Positions 39,969 through 49,824 of a DNA stretch of 64,000 nucleotides are shown piece by piece. A program made the translations under genes and the position numbers. Source of the DNA: an uncultured Spirochaetota bacterium (lineage in GTDB: Bacteria > Spirochaetota > Spirochaetia > SZUA-6 > Fen-1364); NCBI GenBank assembly GCA_963820525.1, contig CAWGAA010000003.1, positions 896,001-960,000 on the forward strand, read 5' to 3'. Each line of letters opens with the position of its first letter. Within the stretch, counting starts at the first letter, position 1. Below the pieces are notes generated by a model. That model did no database searches. It was not told where the DNA came from and saw only the letters and a program-made list of their open reading frames with translations.

Positions 39969-40167
39969 TATTTCAAGCGCACCTATGAATGTCGATTCGA
40001 TAACTCTACATCATGAAGGGCAGAAGTCAAGGGTGTGAAACCACGCGCTTCGCCAGATGCCTCGCTTTTCTCACCACATCGTATGCTTGCGAGACATTGT
40101 ACGACACAGGCCCTGTATAGTATAGTCTATCGTGATTCCGAATGAAGGACTCGGGCAAAGGACAAAA

Positions 40168-40608
40168 ATGAAACAGAGAATCTCTTTTGAGAAAATCTGG
40201 TTTGATGACGATATTGTCGAATTGAAAATCAAAGCTGATAATGGCAATTCGAGTTTCTCAAACACGGTATATGTTGGACATCAGCAATTAATCGATCTCG
40301 TCAAGAGTCTGTCCAATTTTAAGGACCATGTGTACGGCGGTCTTTTTGATATTGAGCTTGGCGAGTTCGGACCCGAATATGGAAATGGGGCATTCAGCGC
40401 GCGCTTGCATTTTCAGGAAAAAGGAAAGCTCTATCTAAGCATTAGAATGCAGTCGGACTTCTTCAATTTTGGCAAAAAGAATGTTGCCAGTGAAGCGTAT
40501 TTGTATTTGATTTCGGAACCCGCACTACTTGATAAATTTATCATTGAATTACAATCACTGGATGGAGAGATCGGCAGTACTGCACGATTGGAATGCATAG
40601 GTGATTAA
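40168..40608 (+). CDS. Hypothetical protein (low GC)
   Basis: 146-codon ORF in an AT-rich islet; no motif recognised. Confidence 0.65.
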   Translation: MKQRISFEKIWFDDDIVELKIKADNGNSSFSNTVYVGHQQLIDLVKSLSNFKDHVYGGLFDIELGEFGPEYGNGAFSARLHFQEKGKLYLSIRMQSDFFNFGKKNVASEAYLYLISEPALLDKFIIELQSLDGEIGSTARLECIGD

Positions 40609-40835
40609 GATGCATGTCGCTTCCGCGGCGCTGTCGCGCCCTTCAAACACTCGGCCTTCGTTGCCTCGTGCCACGTCATGTACGCTGACCAGTACGCGCC
40701 AGCTGAGTGAGACCCAGGCGTGCGCAGAACGTTAGCCGCTAAAGATTATCCCAATCAACCACCCATTCAGGAGCTTGCGCAAATAAGGCTTCCCGGCGTA
40801 TCCTGAAGATCACACCTCCCCCGCAAGGAGAAAGT

Positions 40836-42551
40836 ATGAACCGGAGCATGGGCGCGGATGTCCTCGTCAAATGCCTTCTCCAAGAAAAGGTCTCCTTCAT
40901 TTTCGGCATCCCCGGCGGCCAGCTCTGCCCCATCCTTGATGGAGTTCACCGCCTTGGCGCGGATGCGGGCCTGAGGTTTGTCATGACCCGCCACGAGCAG
41001 GCGGCCGCCCACATGGCCGACGCATACGCGCGGGTCACGGGCAGGCCGGGTGTGTGCATGGGAACGGTCGGGCCGGGAGCGGCGGACCTCGTGCCCGGGG
41101 TCTACGCGGCCTGGGCGGACTCGATCCCTATGGTCGTGCTCACCGCCCAGAACCAGACCTGGAAGAGCTATCCCGAGCGCGGCTCGATGCAATCGCTGAA
41201 TCAGATCGACCTCATGGCACCGATCACCAAGTGGGGCGCACGGGTGACGCACTGGAAGCGCATCCCGGAGCTGGTGAACCGGGCATTTCGCACGGCCACC
41301 TCGGGGCGCCCCCGGCCCGTTCATCTCGACCTCCATGTGGACGTCCTCGTGGATACGGGCGATGAGGCGGAGCTGGAATGGGGGGCGCCGCTGCCTGAGT
41401 CGCGGCCTGTCGCCGATGCCGAGCTCATTAACAAGGCCGCAAAGATGCTGATCGAGGCGGAGCGCCCGCTGATCCATCCCGGCGGCGGGGCGGTGCGCTC
41501 CGGGGCGTGGGACGAGATTCGCGAGCTGGCCGAATACCTGGCTGCGCCGGTGACGACCAGCCAGGCGGCGCGGGGCATCATCCCCGAAGACCATCCCCTC
41601 TGCCTTATCGCCGGCGGATACGGCGCCCTGGGCGCCCAGGCCGCGGCCGACGTCGTCCTCCTTGTCGGAGGACGCCTCGGTGACGTGGACTTCTGGGGGC
41701 GGCCGCCCTACTGGGGTGAAGCCGCAGTGCAGAAGCTGATCCAGATCGATATCGAGGCGGAAAACATCGGGTTGAATCGCCCGGTGGATGTCGCGCTGCT
41801 TGGGGACGCGCGCTCGACGCTGAGGGCGTTGGCCGCCGAGGTGCGGCGCCTGGCCAAGCCCGCGCGCGAGCGTCCCTGCCTCTCGGAATACCGCGCCACG
41901 CAGGAAGCCTGGCTGGCCCAGTTCGAGGAGGGCGCCGGCTCGGATCGGCGGCCGATTCACCCCCTGCGCCTGGTGCGGGAGGTGCGCGCGGCGTTCCCCC
42001 GGGATGCAATCTGCGCCGTGGACGGCGGCAACATCAACCTCTGGGCGCACTACCTGAACCGTTCCTACACGCCGCGCGCGTTCCTCTGGGCCGCGGACTC
42101 CGGCCACCTCGGCACCGGGCTTCCCTACGCCATCGGCGCGAAGCTTGCCGCGCCCGGCCGCTCGGTCTACGCGATCTGCGGCGACGGCGCCTTCGGCCTG
42201 AACATCCAGGAATTGGAGACGGCCGCCCGCCTGGCAACTCCGCTCGTCGTCATCGTGGCCGACGACGGCCAGTGGGGAATGATCAAGGGGGCCCAGCGCT
42301 CCGGCTACGGTGCGCGCTACGTGGGCACAGACTTCTGTGACGTGCGCTACGATCAGGTCGCCCGCGCCATGGGGTGTTTCGGTGAGCGCGTCGAGGACCC
42401 GGGCGAGCTCGCCCCGGCACTGGAGCGCGCGGCCGCCTCGGGCAAGGCGGCGGTCCTCGACGTGATGATCGACCCGACCGTCAACCTCGCCCCGCCGGAC
42501 CTCGAGAACCTGGACGCCGTGTGGATGGAAGGCTGCGAGCTGCCATGGTGA
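40836..42551 (+). CDS. Thiamine-diphosphate-dependent enzyme (ALS/HACL-like)
   Basis: FGIPGG, RHEQAA, GPG and GDGAFG motifs. Confidence 0.92.
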   Translation: MNRSMGADVLVKCLLQEKVSFIFGIPGGQLCPILDGVHRLGADAGLRFVMTRHEQAAAHMADAYARVTGRPGVCMGTVGPGAADLVPGVYAAWADSIPMVVLTAQNQTWKSYPERGSMQSLNQIDLMAPITKWGARVTHWKRIPELVNRAFRTATSGRPRPVHLDLHVDVLVDTGDEAELEWGAPLPESRPVADAELINKAAKMLIEAERPLIHPGGGAVRSGAWDEIRELAEYLAAPVTTSQAARGIIPEDHPLCLIAGGYGALGAQAAADVVLLVGGRLGDVDFWGRPPYWGEAAVQKLIQIDIEAENIGLNRPVDVALLGDARSTLRALAAEVRRLAKPARERPCLSEYRATQEAWLAQFEEGAGSDRRPIHPLRLVREVRAAFPRDAICAVDGGNINLWAHYLNRSYTPRAFLWAADSGHLGTGLPYAIGAKLAAPGRSVYAICGDGAFGLNIQELETAARLATPLVVIVADDGQWGMIKGAQRSGYGARYVGTDFCDVRYDQVARAMGCFGERVEDPGELAPALERAAASGKAAVLDVMIDPTVNLAPPDLENLDAVWMEGCELPW

Positions 42552-43579
42552 CAATGCAGGCCGCGGTGTTTCGCGCCGCAGGACAGATCGAGATCGGAGA
42601 GGTTCCCCGGCCCCAGCCCGGCTCGGATGAGGCGTTGATCCGCGTCGCGTACTGCGGGATCTGCGGGTCGGACCTGGAGGCATATCAGACCGGGATGTAC
42701 GAGCCGGGGATCATCATCGGCCATGAGCTTTCAGGGACCATCGAGGCGGTGGGAACGGCGGTGACGGGCTGGAGCGGGGGCGACCGCGTGGTGGTGAACG
42801 ACGCGATTCCCTGCGGCGAGTGCGCGCCCTGCCGCGAGGGACGGCTCGACGCCTGCGAGAGCCTGACCCTGATCGGAATCACGCACAACGGGGGCTTTGC
42901 CGAATATACCACGATCAGCGCGCGGGGCCTCCACCGCGTTCCCGACGCCGTGAGCCTCCGCCAGGCGGCGCTGGTGGAGCCTCTCGCGGTGGCTCTCCAC
43001 GGCTTGACGAAGTCGCGCCTAAAGCCCGGCGATCACGCCCTCGTCATGGGCGCGGGCCCGATCGGGCTCATGGTGCTCCAGTGCGCGCGGCTTGCCGGGG
43101 CCCGCACGGTCGCCGTCACGGAGATCGATCCCGCCCGCGCAGCCTGCGCCGCGCTTCTCGGGGCGGCGCGCGTGCTCGATCCCCGCCGCGAAAACGTCGG
43201 GCTCGCCCTCGCCGACCTGACGGACCACCGCGGCCCCGACGTGATCTACGTGTGCACGGGGGCGCCGGAGGCGCTCGAAGCGGCCGTTTCCCTCGCGCGC
43301 AAGGGAGGCCAGATTTTCATTCTGGGGGTGTGCGTCCAGCCCGTGCCCGCAGATTTCATGAGCGTCGCGATGAGCGAGTTGTGCATCGAAGGCAGCTTCG
43401 CGGGACGAAGCGGCTTCCCCGCCTCCATCGATTTCATCGCGCAAGGGCGCGTGAAGGTCGACCCGCTCATATCGGAGGAGATTGCGCTGGACCAGCTGCT
43501 CACCCGGGGATTCGACAGGCTGACCACGGAGGGCTCCGGCGCGATCAAGATTCTGGTCCGCATAGGAGGAAGTGCATGA
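42545..43579 (+). CDS. Zinc-dependent alcohol dehydrogenase (MDR family)
   Basis: GICGSD, GHE, CxxCxxC...C and GAGPIG motifs. Confidence 0.92.
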   Translation: MVTMQAAVFRAAGQIEIGEVPRPQPGSDEALIRVAYCGICGSDLEAYQTGMYEPGIIIGHELSGTIEAVGTAVTGWSGGDRVVVNDAIPCGECAPCREGRLDACESLTLIGITHNGGFAEYTTISARGLHRVPDAVSLRQAALVEPLAVALHGLTKSRLKPGDHALVMGAGPIGLMVLQCARLAGARTVAVTEIDPARAACAALLGAARVLDPRRENVGLALADLTDHRGPDVIYVCTGAPEALEAAVSLARKGGQIFILGVCVQPVPADFMSVAMSELCIEGSFAGRSGFPASIDFIAQGRVKVDPLISEEIALDQLLTRGFDRLTTEGSGAIKILVRIGGSA

Positions 43580-44037
43580 AAATGGCGACCCTCGAGTATC
43601 TGCAGGAAGTCAAGAAGCGGAGCAACTCCGATCCGCGGTACCTGGAATTGGCCAAGGGCAACAATGAGTCGTACACCCTGGTGCTCGAGGCGGAGCCTGC
43701 CCAGGGCGTGACGGAGACCACCGTCCTCGGCTTCGACAATGTGAAGGGCAAGATGAACGAAGTCTGGATCGGCCAGCGGCCTACCCTCTTCACCCTCTCC
43801 GGCTCGTATGGCGTGTGGGTGGACATCCTTCGCGGCAAGATGGGCGCGACCAAGGCTATCACCATGCGCAGGCTCAAGACCCAGGGCCCCTTCCTCCAGC
43901 TCCTCCAGGGCGGTCCGCGCATCATCCACTGGGTCGAGATACTGCGGACCATCCCCACCGAGTTCGAGGGATCGTACTCCCGGTACAACCTCTCCGCAGC
44001 GCCCCCAAGCGCCGCGGACGGCGGCCATGATTCTTGA
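43576..44037 (+). CDS. SCP2 sterol/lipid-binding domain protein
   Basis: F.LSGSYGVWVDILRGK....KAI..RLKTQG pattern; AGGAGG RBS and ATGA coupling. Confidence 0.7.
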   Translation: MKMATLEYLQEVKKRSNSDPRYLELAKGNNESYTLVLEAEPAQGVTETTVLGFDNVKGKMNEVWIGQRPTLFTLSGSYGVWVDILRGKMGATKAITMRRLKTQGPFLQLLQGGPRIIHWVEILRTIPTEFEGSYSRYNLSAAPPSAADGGHDS

Positions 44038-44186
44038 CCGGGCCACCGACACTGCCCGGCTTGAACCAGCACGCTCAATTGAACTTCACATTGGAAAATG
44101 GTATCCTTGTGACGCCTGACGCTGTACTGGTGTTTCAATGTACGGGCAAGGGAGAGCTCGCGCCGTATCAATGGCCAAAGGATAAA

Positions 44187-45122
44187 ATGCAATACGTTTT
44201 CATCTTCCTGCTCATTTCATCCCTTTCCGTCGGCATCGTCACCAACGTACTCGCCTTCGCCGTTTTTTTTCGGAATAAAACCGCTCTGGAAAAACTGTTT
44301 CTCGCGTTCCTTACCTGCTTCACCCTGCGCATGCTGGCGGATACGGTCATGTTTTACGTCCTCCCGCTTCTCCCCTCATCGGGCACCCCGCTCTATATTT
44401 CGCTCTTAGCTGGTCGGATTACGATGGTGGGGACGATCGTCTTTATCACTCTTTTCATGCACAAATTGACGGATATCTTTCAGTCGAACAAAAGCCGCCG
44501 CGTCATATATCCGCTCTTCGGAGGTCTTTTTCTTTTCTTTGTAATCCACTTCATACTCAGCCGCGCGTATCAGCCGCCGACATTGAAGGATCTTGACGCG
44601 TTTTCTCCGGTGGATTTTTTATTTTTTATTTTGCCCTTGTATCCCATCGCGATTTTCTTCCTATTCTCAAGGAGAATCAAAAACGTCACTCTTCATAAAA
44701 TGATCCGCAGTTTCATTATCATGATTCTTCTCACCTTCCCCATACTGATATTGGAAGACGTATTTGGAAGCTTCTCGATCATTTTCGATTTCGCCCGTGA
44801 TAACCCGGTGGATATGCGGCTGTTTCCCGTTATCTACCTCATGATCTATCTTTTTCTCCTGTATGAGGGATTCAAAAACGTCATTCTTGAAAAAAGACTT
44901 TCTCATACGCCGCACCGGATCAGCGTTGCCTTCATTACTCATTTCGGCATCACGGAGCGGGAACAGGAAATCATCGCCATCATGATAGAAGGCGCCAGCA
45001 ACAAGGAAATCGGCAAAAAACTCTTTATTTCCGCGGCCACGGTCAGGAACCATATCCATAATGTTTTTGAAAAAACTCACGCGACCAACCGCGTGGAGCT
45101 GATCCGTATCGCGACCTCATAG
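44187..45122 (+). CDS. Membrane-anchored LuxR-family transcriptional regulator
   Basis: About 7 TM segments, then ITEREQEII..GASNKEIGKKLFISAATVRNH. Confidence 0.85.
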   Translation: MQYVFIFLLISSLSVGIVTNVLAFAVFFRNKTALEKLFLAFLTCFTLRMLADTVMFYVLPLLPSSGTPLYISLLAGRITMVGTIVFITLFMHKLTDIFQSNKSRRVIYPLFGGLFLFFVIHFILSRAYQPPTLKDLDAFSPVDFLFFILPLYPIAIFFLFSRRIKNVTLHKMIRSFIIMILLTFPILILEDVFGSFSIIFDFARDNPVDMRLFPVIYLMIYLFLLYEGFKNVILEKRLSHTPHRISVAFITHFGITEREQEIIAIMIEGASNKEIGKKLFISAATVRNHIHNVFEKTHATNRVELIRIATS

Positions 45123-45204
45123 AACAAACGTTCCATTCCTTCCTTTTTTACGAAATGAAACATTGATACCATGTTCTTGAACCTTCTTCCGGGGTTATTT
45201 GTTC

Positions 45205-46332
45205 ATGATGCGGAAATGCAGGACTACTCTCATCATTGTCTTTTTCATCCATACCCTCGCCCCGTTCGCCTTCGCAGGTGAGTCTTCCGAGGTGAACCCT
45301 TTCCTTTTCGACGCTGAATTCGATTGGATCGGTCTGGGAGCCAAGGTAGGGTACACGGGATTGAGCCTTTCCCCGTTCACGGACACGATTCTTTCTCTCT
45401 CGCTCCTCGGCGTCTATGATACCTATGGATATTTCAGGACACCCCTTGACCTGCCGTATGACGGCGCACTGCCTGGCTATGACAGCGCGAAAGCCCCCTT
45501 TGTTTCCCGGTTGACGGTCCGGTCTGGGCTCGAGCTCGCCCAGGGGCTTCTCTGGAACGAACGGGACCAAAACAACAAGCTGGAGTTTTTCCTGGCCTGC
45601 AAATTGCGCTATGAAAAGAATATGGAAGACGTTGGCACAAACCAGCTTCTCTTTGATTCAAACCTCCCCGACCGCGATCGGATTCTGCAAAACTCGGTAT
45701 TCATCGGGCTGGAATGGAAGGATATCGACCGTAGAAATCCGCACCGCCTGTTGTTCGGGGTTGGTGCGGAAACGTCCATGGAATGGGGGCCGGAAGGATT
45801 CCTCAACGATTATATCGGGAAAGCCGACTTTACGCGTTTCAATCTTTCAACACGAGCCTTTTTGCCTCTCTTTGACATCGACCCGGGATCGACCCTGAAT
45901 ACGCTTTCCGCCTACATGGGTTTTTTCCTTGCCCTTGATTACGCGACGGGAAACAGCATACCGCTCAACGTTCGCGAGACCTTCGGCGGGAGGTCTCCCC
46001 GCAAGGGACTGGGCTACGCCGTGCGCGGCCTGGAGGACTGCCGGTTCGACACCCCCTTCAAGGCCGCTGCCAATTGGGAGGTGCGGCTTAATCTGCCCGC
46101 AATCGCGGATCCGGGGCTCATTCCTGGCCTGCTCTATTTCATCGACGGCGGGTACTACAATTTCATCAGTTTTCCCGATTCGGGATTCATTTTTTCAACA
46201 GGCGGGGGAATCTTTCTGTCCCTCTTCGACGTTTTCAATCTTACGCTCACCACGCAATTTCTTTTGAACAAAACAAGGGTGACGGGAGAGTATTGGGCTC
46301 CTCTCTTTTTTACCTTTATTTTTCATTTTTAA
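45205..46332 (+). CDS. Outer-membrane beta-barrel, Omp85/BamA-like without POTRA domains
   Basis: Signal peptide, GG....GYAVRGL loop motif, E.R and F.D.G strands, C-terminal Phe. Confidence 0.6.
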   Translation: MMRKCRTTLIIVFFIHTLAPFAFAGESSEVNPFLFDAEFDWIGLGAKVGYTGLSLSPFTDTILSLSLLGVYDTYGYFRTPLDLPYDGALPGYDSAKAPFVSRLTVRSGLELAQGLLWNERDQNNKLEFFLACKLRYEKNMEDVGTNQLLFDSNLPDRDRILQNSVFIGLEWKDIDRRNPHRLLFGVGAETSMEWGPEGFLNDYIGKADFTRFNLSTRAFLPLFDIDPGSTLNTLSAYMGFFLALDYATGNSIPLNVRETFGGRSPRKGLGYAVRGLEDCRFDTPFKAAANWEVRLNLPAIADPGLIPGLLYFIDGGYYNFISFPDSGFIFSTGGGIFLSLFDVFNLTLTTQFLLNKTRVTGEYWAPLFFTFIFHF

Positions 46333-46349
46333 TTTTACGGAGGCATTTG

Positions 46350-47015
46350 ATGAAAAGGCTTTTTGCGCTGGCAATCCTTTCTGTCTTGTGCGCCTGTCTC
46401 TGGGGGGATGAGATTTTCACCTACCGGATGCAAAAGGAAAATGAGGTCGATACGTTCACGATGACCGTGACAGATACCGGCGATGGCTACATCGTCAGGG
46501 AATCCCAGAATCAAGAAAAAGAGGAACGGATTGTGACAGCCAATCCATCCTATTCGACTCAGACGTTTCGTTTCCGCAACGCTTCAACCTGCACGGATTA
46601 TATAGCCGAGCGCACGGGCAACAAAATCTCGGTTACAGGCATGCTCAATAACCGGACGCTCAAACGCGAGTTTTCTATAAATGAAAATCCCTGGTATCAA
46701 TCCATGGAACAGGCTCTCGGTTATTTCTCAGGCCTCGCTCGGGACAACGTCAAATTCTGGCTCATCAATGCGGACGAGTGCGAAATCCATGAAATGGAAG
46801 CCGCCAAAATAGGCGCGGAAAACATCTCGATTATGGGCGCGTCGGTTCAGGCACAGAAAATAAGAGTCACCCTGACAGGATTTGCCTCGCTTTTCTGGAG
46901 CGCGGCCTATTGGTTTGGATCGGTGGATTGCGTGTATCTACGCTATGAGACGACCGAAGGCCCGGGCGGTCCGAAACTTGTCATCGAGCTCCTAAAAATT
47001 GGCGGGAAAACATGA
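46350..47015 (+). CDS. Secreted hypothetical protein
   Basis: MKRLFALAILS signal peptide; beta-rich sequence. Confidence 0.7.
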   Translation: MKRLFALAILSVLCACLWGDEIFTYRMQKENEVDTFTMTVTDTGDGYIVRESQNQEKEERIVTANPSYSTQTFRFRNASTCTDYIAERTGNKISVTGMLNNRTLKREFSINENPWYQSMEQALGYFSGLARDNVKFWLINADECEIHEMEAAKIGAENISIMGASVQAQKIRVTLTGFASLFWSAAYWFGSVDCVYLRYETTEGPGGPKLVIELLKIGGKT

Positions 47016-47059
47016 ATTCTCGCGTCTAAAAAAGAGCGAAATACCGTGGAGGTAATATC

Positions 47060-47812
47060 ATGAGCTATATTCAGATATTGTCTTTACTCCTGATCCTGCC
47101 GGCACTGGCGGCCTTTGGCATGACGCCGGAAGATGTGCACGCTCTGGTGGAACGGGTGGATAACAATTCCTCACCTATTCAATATGAGTCCGACCTGGCC
47201 ATAAAGAATTACGGGCCCGGCGGCAGTTTGACGGAACAGCAGGCCCATGTCTTCAGAAAAGGCGATAAAGTCCTTATCGCCATTACCGCCCCCGCGATTC
47301 AGAGGGGACAGGCCGTCATCAGAAACACGGATGATATGTGGATGTACCTGCCCAATTCGGGCAGGGTTCTTCGCATCGGGGCCAAGGAACAGTCCATGGG
47401 AGGCGAGGCATCCAATACAGATCTGCTGCGCGTCGATCTGGCAAAAGACTATAACGGCGCGTATGGGGGAGAAGAAAGCATCGACGGCGTTCCCTGCTAC
47501 AAGCTGGAATTGCTGGCGAAAGACCGCACCATCGCCTATGACAGGGTGGTCTACTGGGTCAGCAAAGACAGGGAGCTCCCCGTGAAGAGGGAATTCTATT
47601 CCCTTTCCGGGAAACTCCTGAAAACCATGTATTTCAAGGATGTAAAAAGCTACCAGGGGCGAATGCGGCCTTCTTTCATGCTGATCCAGAACGAGAAGAA
47701 TCAGCAATACAAGACCGAAATCATCCTCATGGACATGATCGAGGTCAATAATCTCCAGGATTTCATGTTCACGCCCTCATACGCTCAAAGGGGAATCTTT
47801 GGGAACCGTTAA
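47060..47812 (+). CDS. Outer membrane lipoprotein-sorting (LolA-like) protein
   Basis: MWMYLP..RVLRI, MGG..S..DL, CYKLEL and FYSLSGKLLKT motifs. Confidence 0.85.
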   Translation: MSYIQILSLLLILPALAAFGMTPEDVHALVERVDNNSSPIQYESDLAIKNYGPGGSLTEQQAHVFRKGDKVLIAITAPAIQRGQAVIRNTDDMWMYLPNSGRVLRIGAKEQSMGGEASNTDLLRVDLAKDYNGAYGGEESIDGVPCYKLELLAKDRTIAYDRVVYWVSKDRELPVKREFYSLSGKLLKTMYFKDVKSYQGRMRPSFMLIQNEKNQQYKTEIILMDMIEVNNLQDFMFTPSYAQRGIFGNR

Positions 47813-47826
47813 GAAGGAGAAATCAT

Positions 47827-48513
47827 ATGGCATCCATACGGCTGATAGATTTGAAAAAAGATTACGATCTTGGCAAAACCAAGGTCCGAGCACTGCAAGG
47901 CGTCAGCATTTCAATCGGCAAGGGGGAGTTCGTCACCATTGCCGGACCTTCGGGAAGCGGTAAATCCACGCTCCTCAATCTCATCGGCTGCCTGGATTTT
48001 CCCACATCCGGCGAAGTCTGGATTGGCGACATGCCGGTAAGCTCTCTCAACGAGAGGCGGCTCAATAGAATACGTCTTCGCACCATCGGTTTCATTTTCC
48101 AGTCTTTCAACCTTATTCCGGTGCTGAACGTTTACGAAAACATCGAGCTGCCGCTGCTGATCCATCCCGACGTGTCCGCTTTTGAACGGAAAAAAAGAGT
48201 CGAAGCCTTGATCGATGCCGTTGGCCTGTCTCTGCAGAAAAAGCAAAAACCGGCCGAGCTTTCCGGGGGGCAGAGACAACGCGTTGCCGTCGCCCGCGCC
48301 CTTGTTACCAAACCGGCCATCGTGCTTGCGGATGAGCCCACGGCGAATCTGGACTCCAAAACCGGAATTGAAATCATCGATCTCATGCACAATATCAACA
48401 AGAGCGACTCCACCTCTTTTATCTTTTCCACCCATGACCCGAAAATCATCCAGCGGGCGGATAGAGTGTACTACCTCCAGGACGGCTGCCTGATAAAGGA
48501 GCAACGGTCATGA
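47827..48513 (+). CDS. ABC transporter ATP-binding protein (LolD/MacB-like)
   Basis: GPSGSGKS, LSGGQRQR, ADEPTANLD and THD motifs. Confidence 0.95.
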   Translation: MASIRLIDLKKDYDLGKTKVRALQGVSISIGKGEFVTIAGPSGSGKSTLLNLIGCLDFPTSGEVWIGDMPVSSLNERRLNRIRLRTIGFIFQSFNLIPVLNVYENIELPLLIHPDVSAFERKKRVEALIDAVGLSLQKKQKPAELSGGQRQRVAVARALVTKPAIVLADEPTANLDSKTGIEIIDLMHNINKSDSTSFIFSTHDPKIIQRADRVYYLQDGCLIKEQRS

Positions 48514-49802
48514 AGCTGCTGATGTTTGCCCTGAAGAACGCGCTCCGAAGCTGGTGGCGCACGATCATTTTTGGAATATTCATTTTCCTGATCAGCTTTA
48601 TCGCGATATTCGTGGGCTCGTTCAGTTCTACGATCCGCAATCAAATGGAAGATGCCATCATAAATGGGCTGAGCGGTCACCTTCAGATACGCGCGGGGAA
48701 TTCGGAGAACGATGATTTTGCCCAGCAGTTGAAAAGCCGCTGGAAGGGCGCGGCATATCTGGACGCCGAACAACAGAAGAGGGTCGAAAATGTCCTGCAG
48801 TCGCGCCTTGATTCCGTGGTTGTCACTCCACGCGTGCGGCACGGGGGCCTTTTCATATCCGACAAGGACAAGGCTTCTTCCCTTATCATCGGGATCGATC
48901 CGGTCAATAGGAATTATCAGGATGCCCTGATCCTCGTTCAAGGGAAAATGCTCGACCCGGACGCCAGCCATGAAATCGTGATTACGGAATCCCTGGCAAA
49001 GAAATTGAAGGTGCAAGCCGGAGCTGAAATCGGTGTCCTGAGCCGAACCAAAGACGGGTATACAATCGATGCGGCGGTGACGGTGGCGGGGATCGTTCAA
49101 TACCGCATGCTCTCCCTGTTTTCCTTTTCCGCCGTGTACACCGACATCGCTACGGCGCGTGAGCTGATCGGCTACTCACATAATGAAGCGTCGGACATCA
49201 TTCTCTATCTGAAAGACAAGGACAAGACTCCAAAATTGTATAACGAGCTTTTGGCGGCGTTCCGGCAAGATGGCATGACGGTCGTGAGCGAGAAAACAAA
49301 GCCGATTGCGGGCGAGGGAGTAAGGCTTTCAACATACAAAAGCATGGGGGGATTTTACATGGGAATCGTGTCCGGATTCATTCTTGTTTTTTACGTGCTG
49401 ATCGTTCTCATGCTCCTTATCGTGAGCATCCTTATCAGCAACCTTGTTTTCATGATGGGCATCGAACGCTACAAGGAAATCGGAACGTTACGCGCCATCG
49501 GTTTTTCCAAATTTAAAACAATCCGCATCTTTATGATGGAAATATTCTGCGTGACGGGCTTTTTCGGCCTGTTGGGCATTCTTTCAGGCACGGCGCTCAA
49601 TATCTATTTCAGCATTGCCGGCATGCCCTCCCCCTCCCCGGCCACGGATTTCATCATGGGCAAAAGGCTGTTCTTCCGCATCGATTACCCGCAAATCCTC
49701 GCTACGCTCGGGCTCCTCTTCGGGTTCACCTTTCTGGCCTCCTTTTTCCCAGCGTATAAAGCCTGCTCTCTACGGCCGGTTGAAATACTCAAAGACGCAT
49801 GA
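48510..49802 (+). CDS. ABC permease (LolC/E, FtsX-like)
   Basis: ALKNALR, ERYKEIGTLRAIG and FPA..A motifs. Confidence 0.9.
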   Translation: MKLLMFALKNALRSWWRTIIFGIFIFLISFIAIFVGSFSSTIRNQMEDAIINGLSGHLQIRAGNSENDDFAQQLKSRWKGAAYLDAEQQKRVENVLQSRLDSVVVTPRVRHGGLFISDKDKASSLIIGIDPVNRNYQDALILVQGKMLDPDASHEIVITESLAKKLKVQAGAEIGVLSRTKDGYTIDAAVTVAGIVQYRMLSLFSFSAVYTDIATARELIGYSHNEASDIILYLKDKDKTPKLYNELLAAFRQDGMTVVSEKTKPIAGEGVRLSTYKSMGGFYMGIVSGFILVFYVLIVLMLLIVSILISNLVFMMGIERYKEIGTLRAIGFSKFKTIRIFMMEIFCVTGFFGLLGILSGTALNIYFSIAGMPSPSPATDFIMGKRLFFRIDYPQILATLGLLFGFTFLASFFPAYKACSLRPVEILKDA

Positions 49803-49824
49803 ATCGAGATCAAGGAGGACCCGG

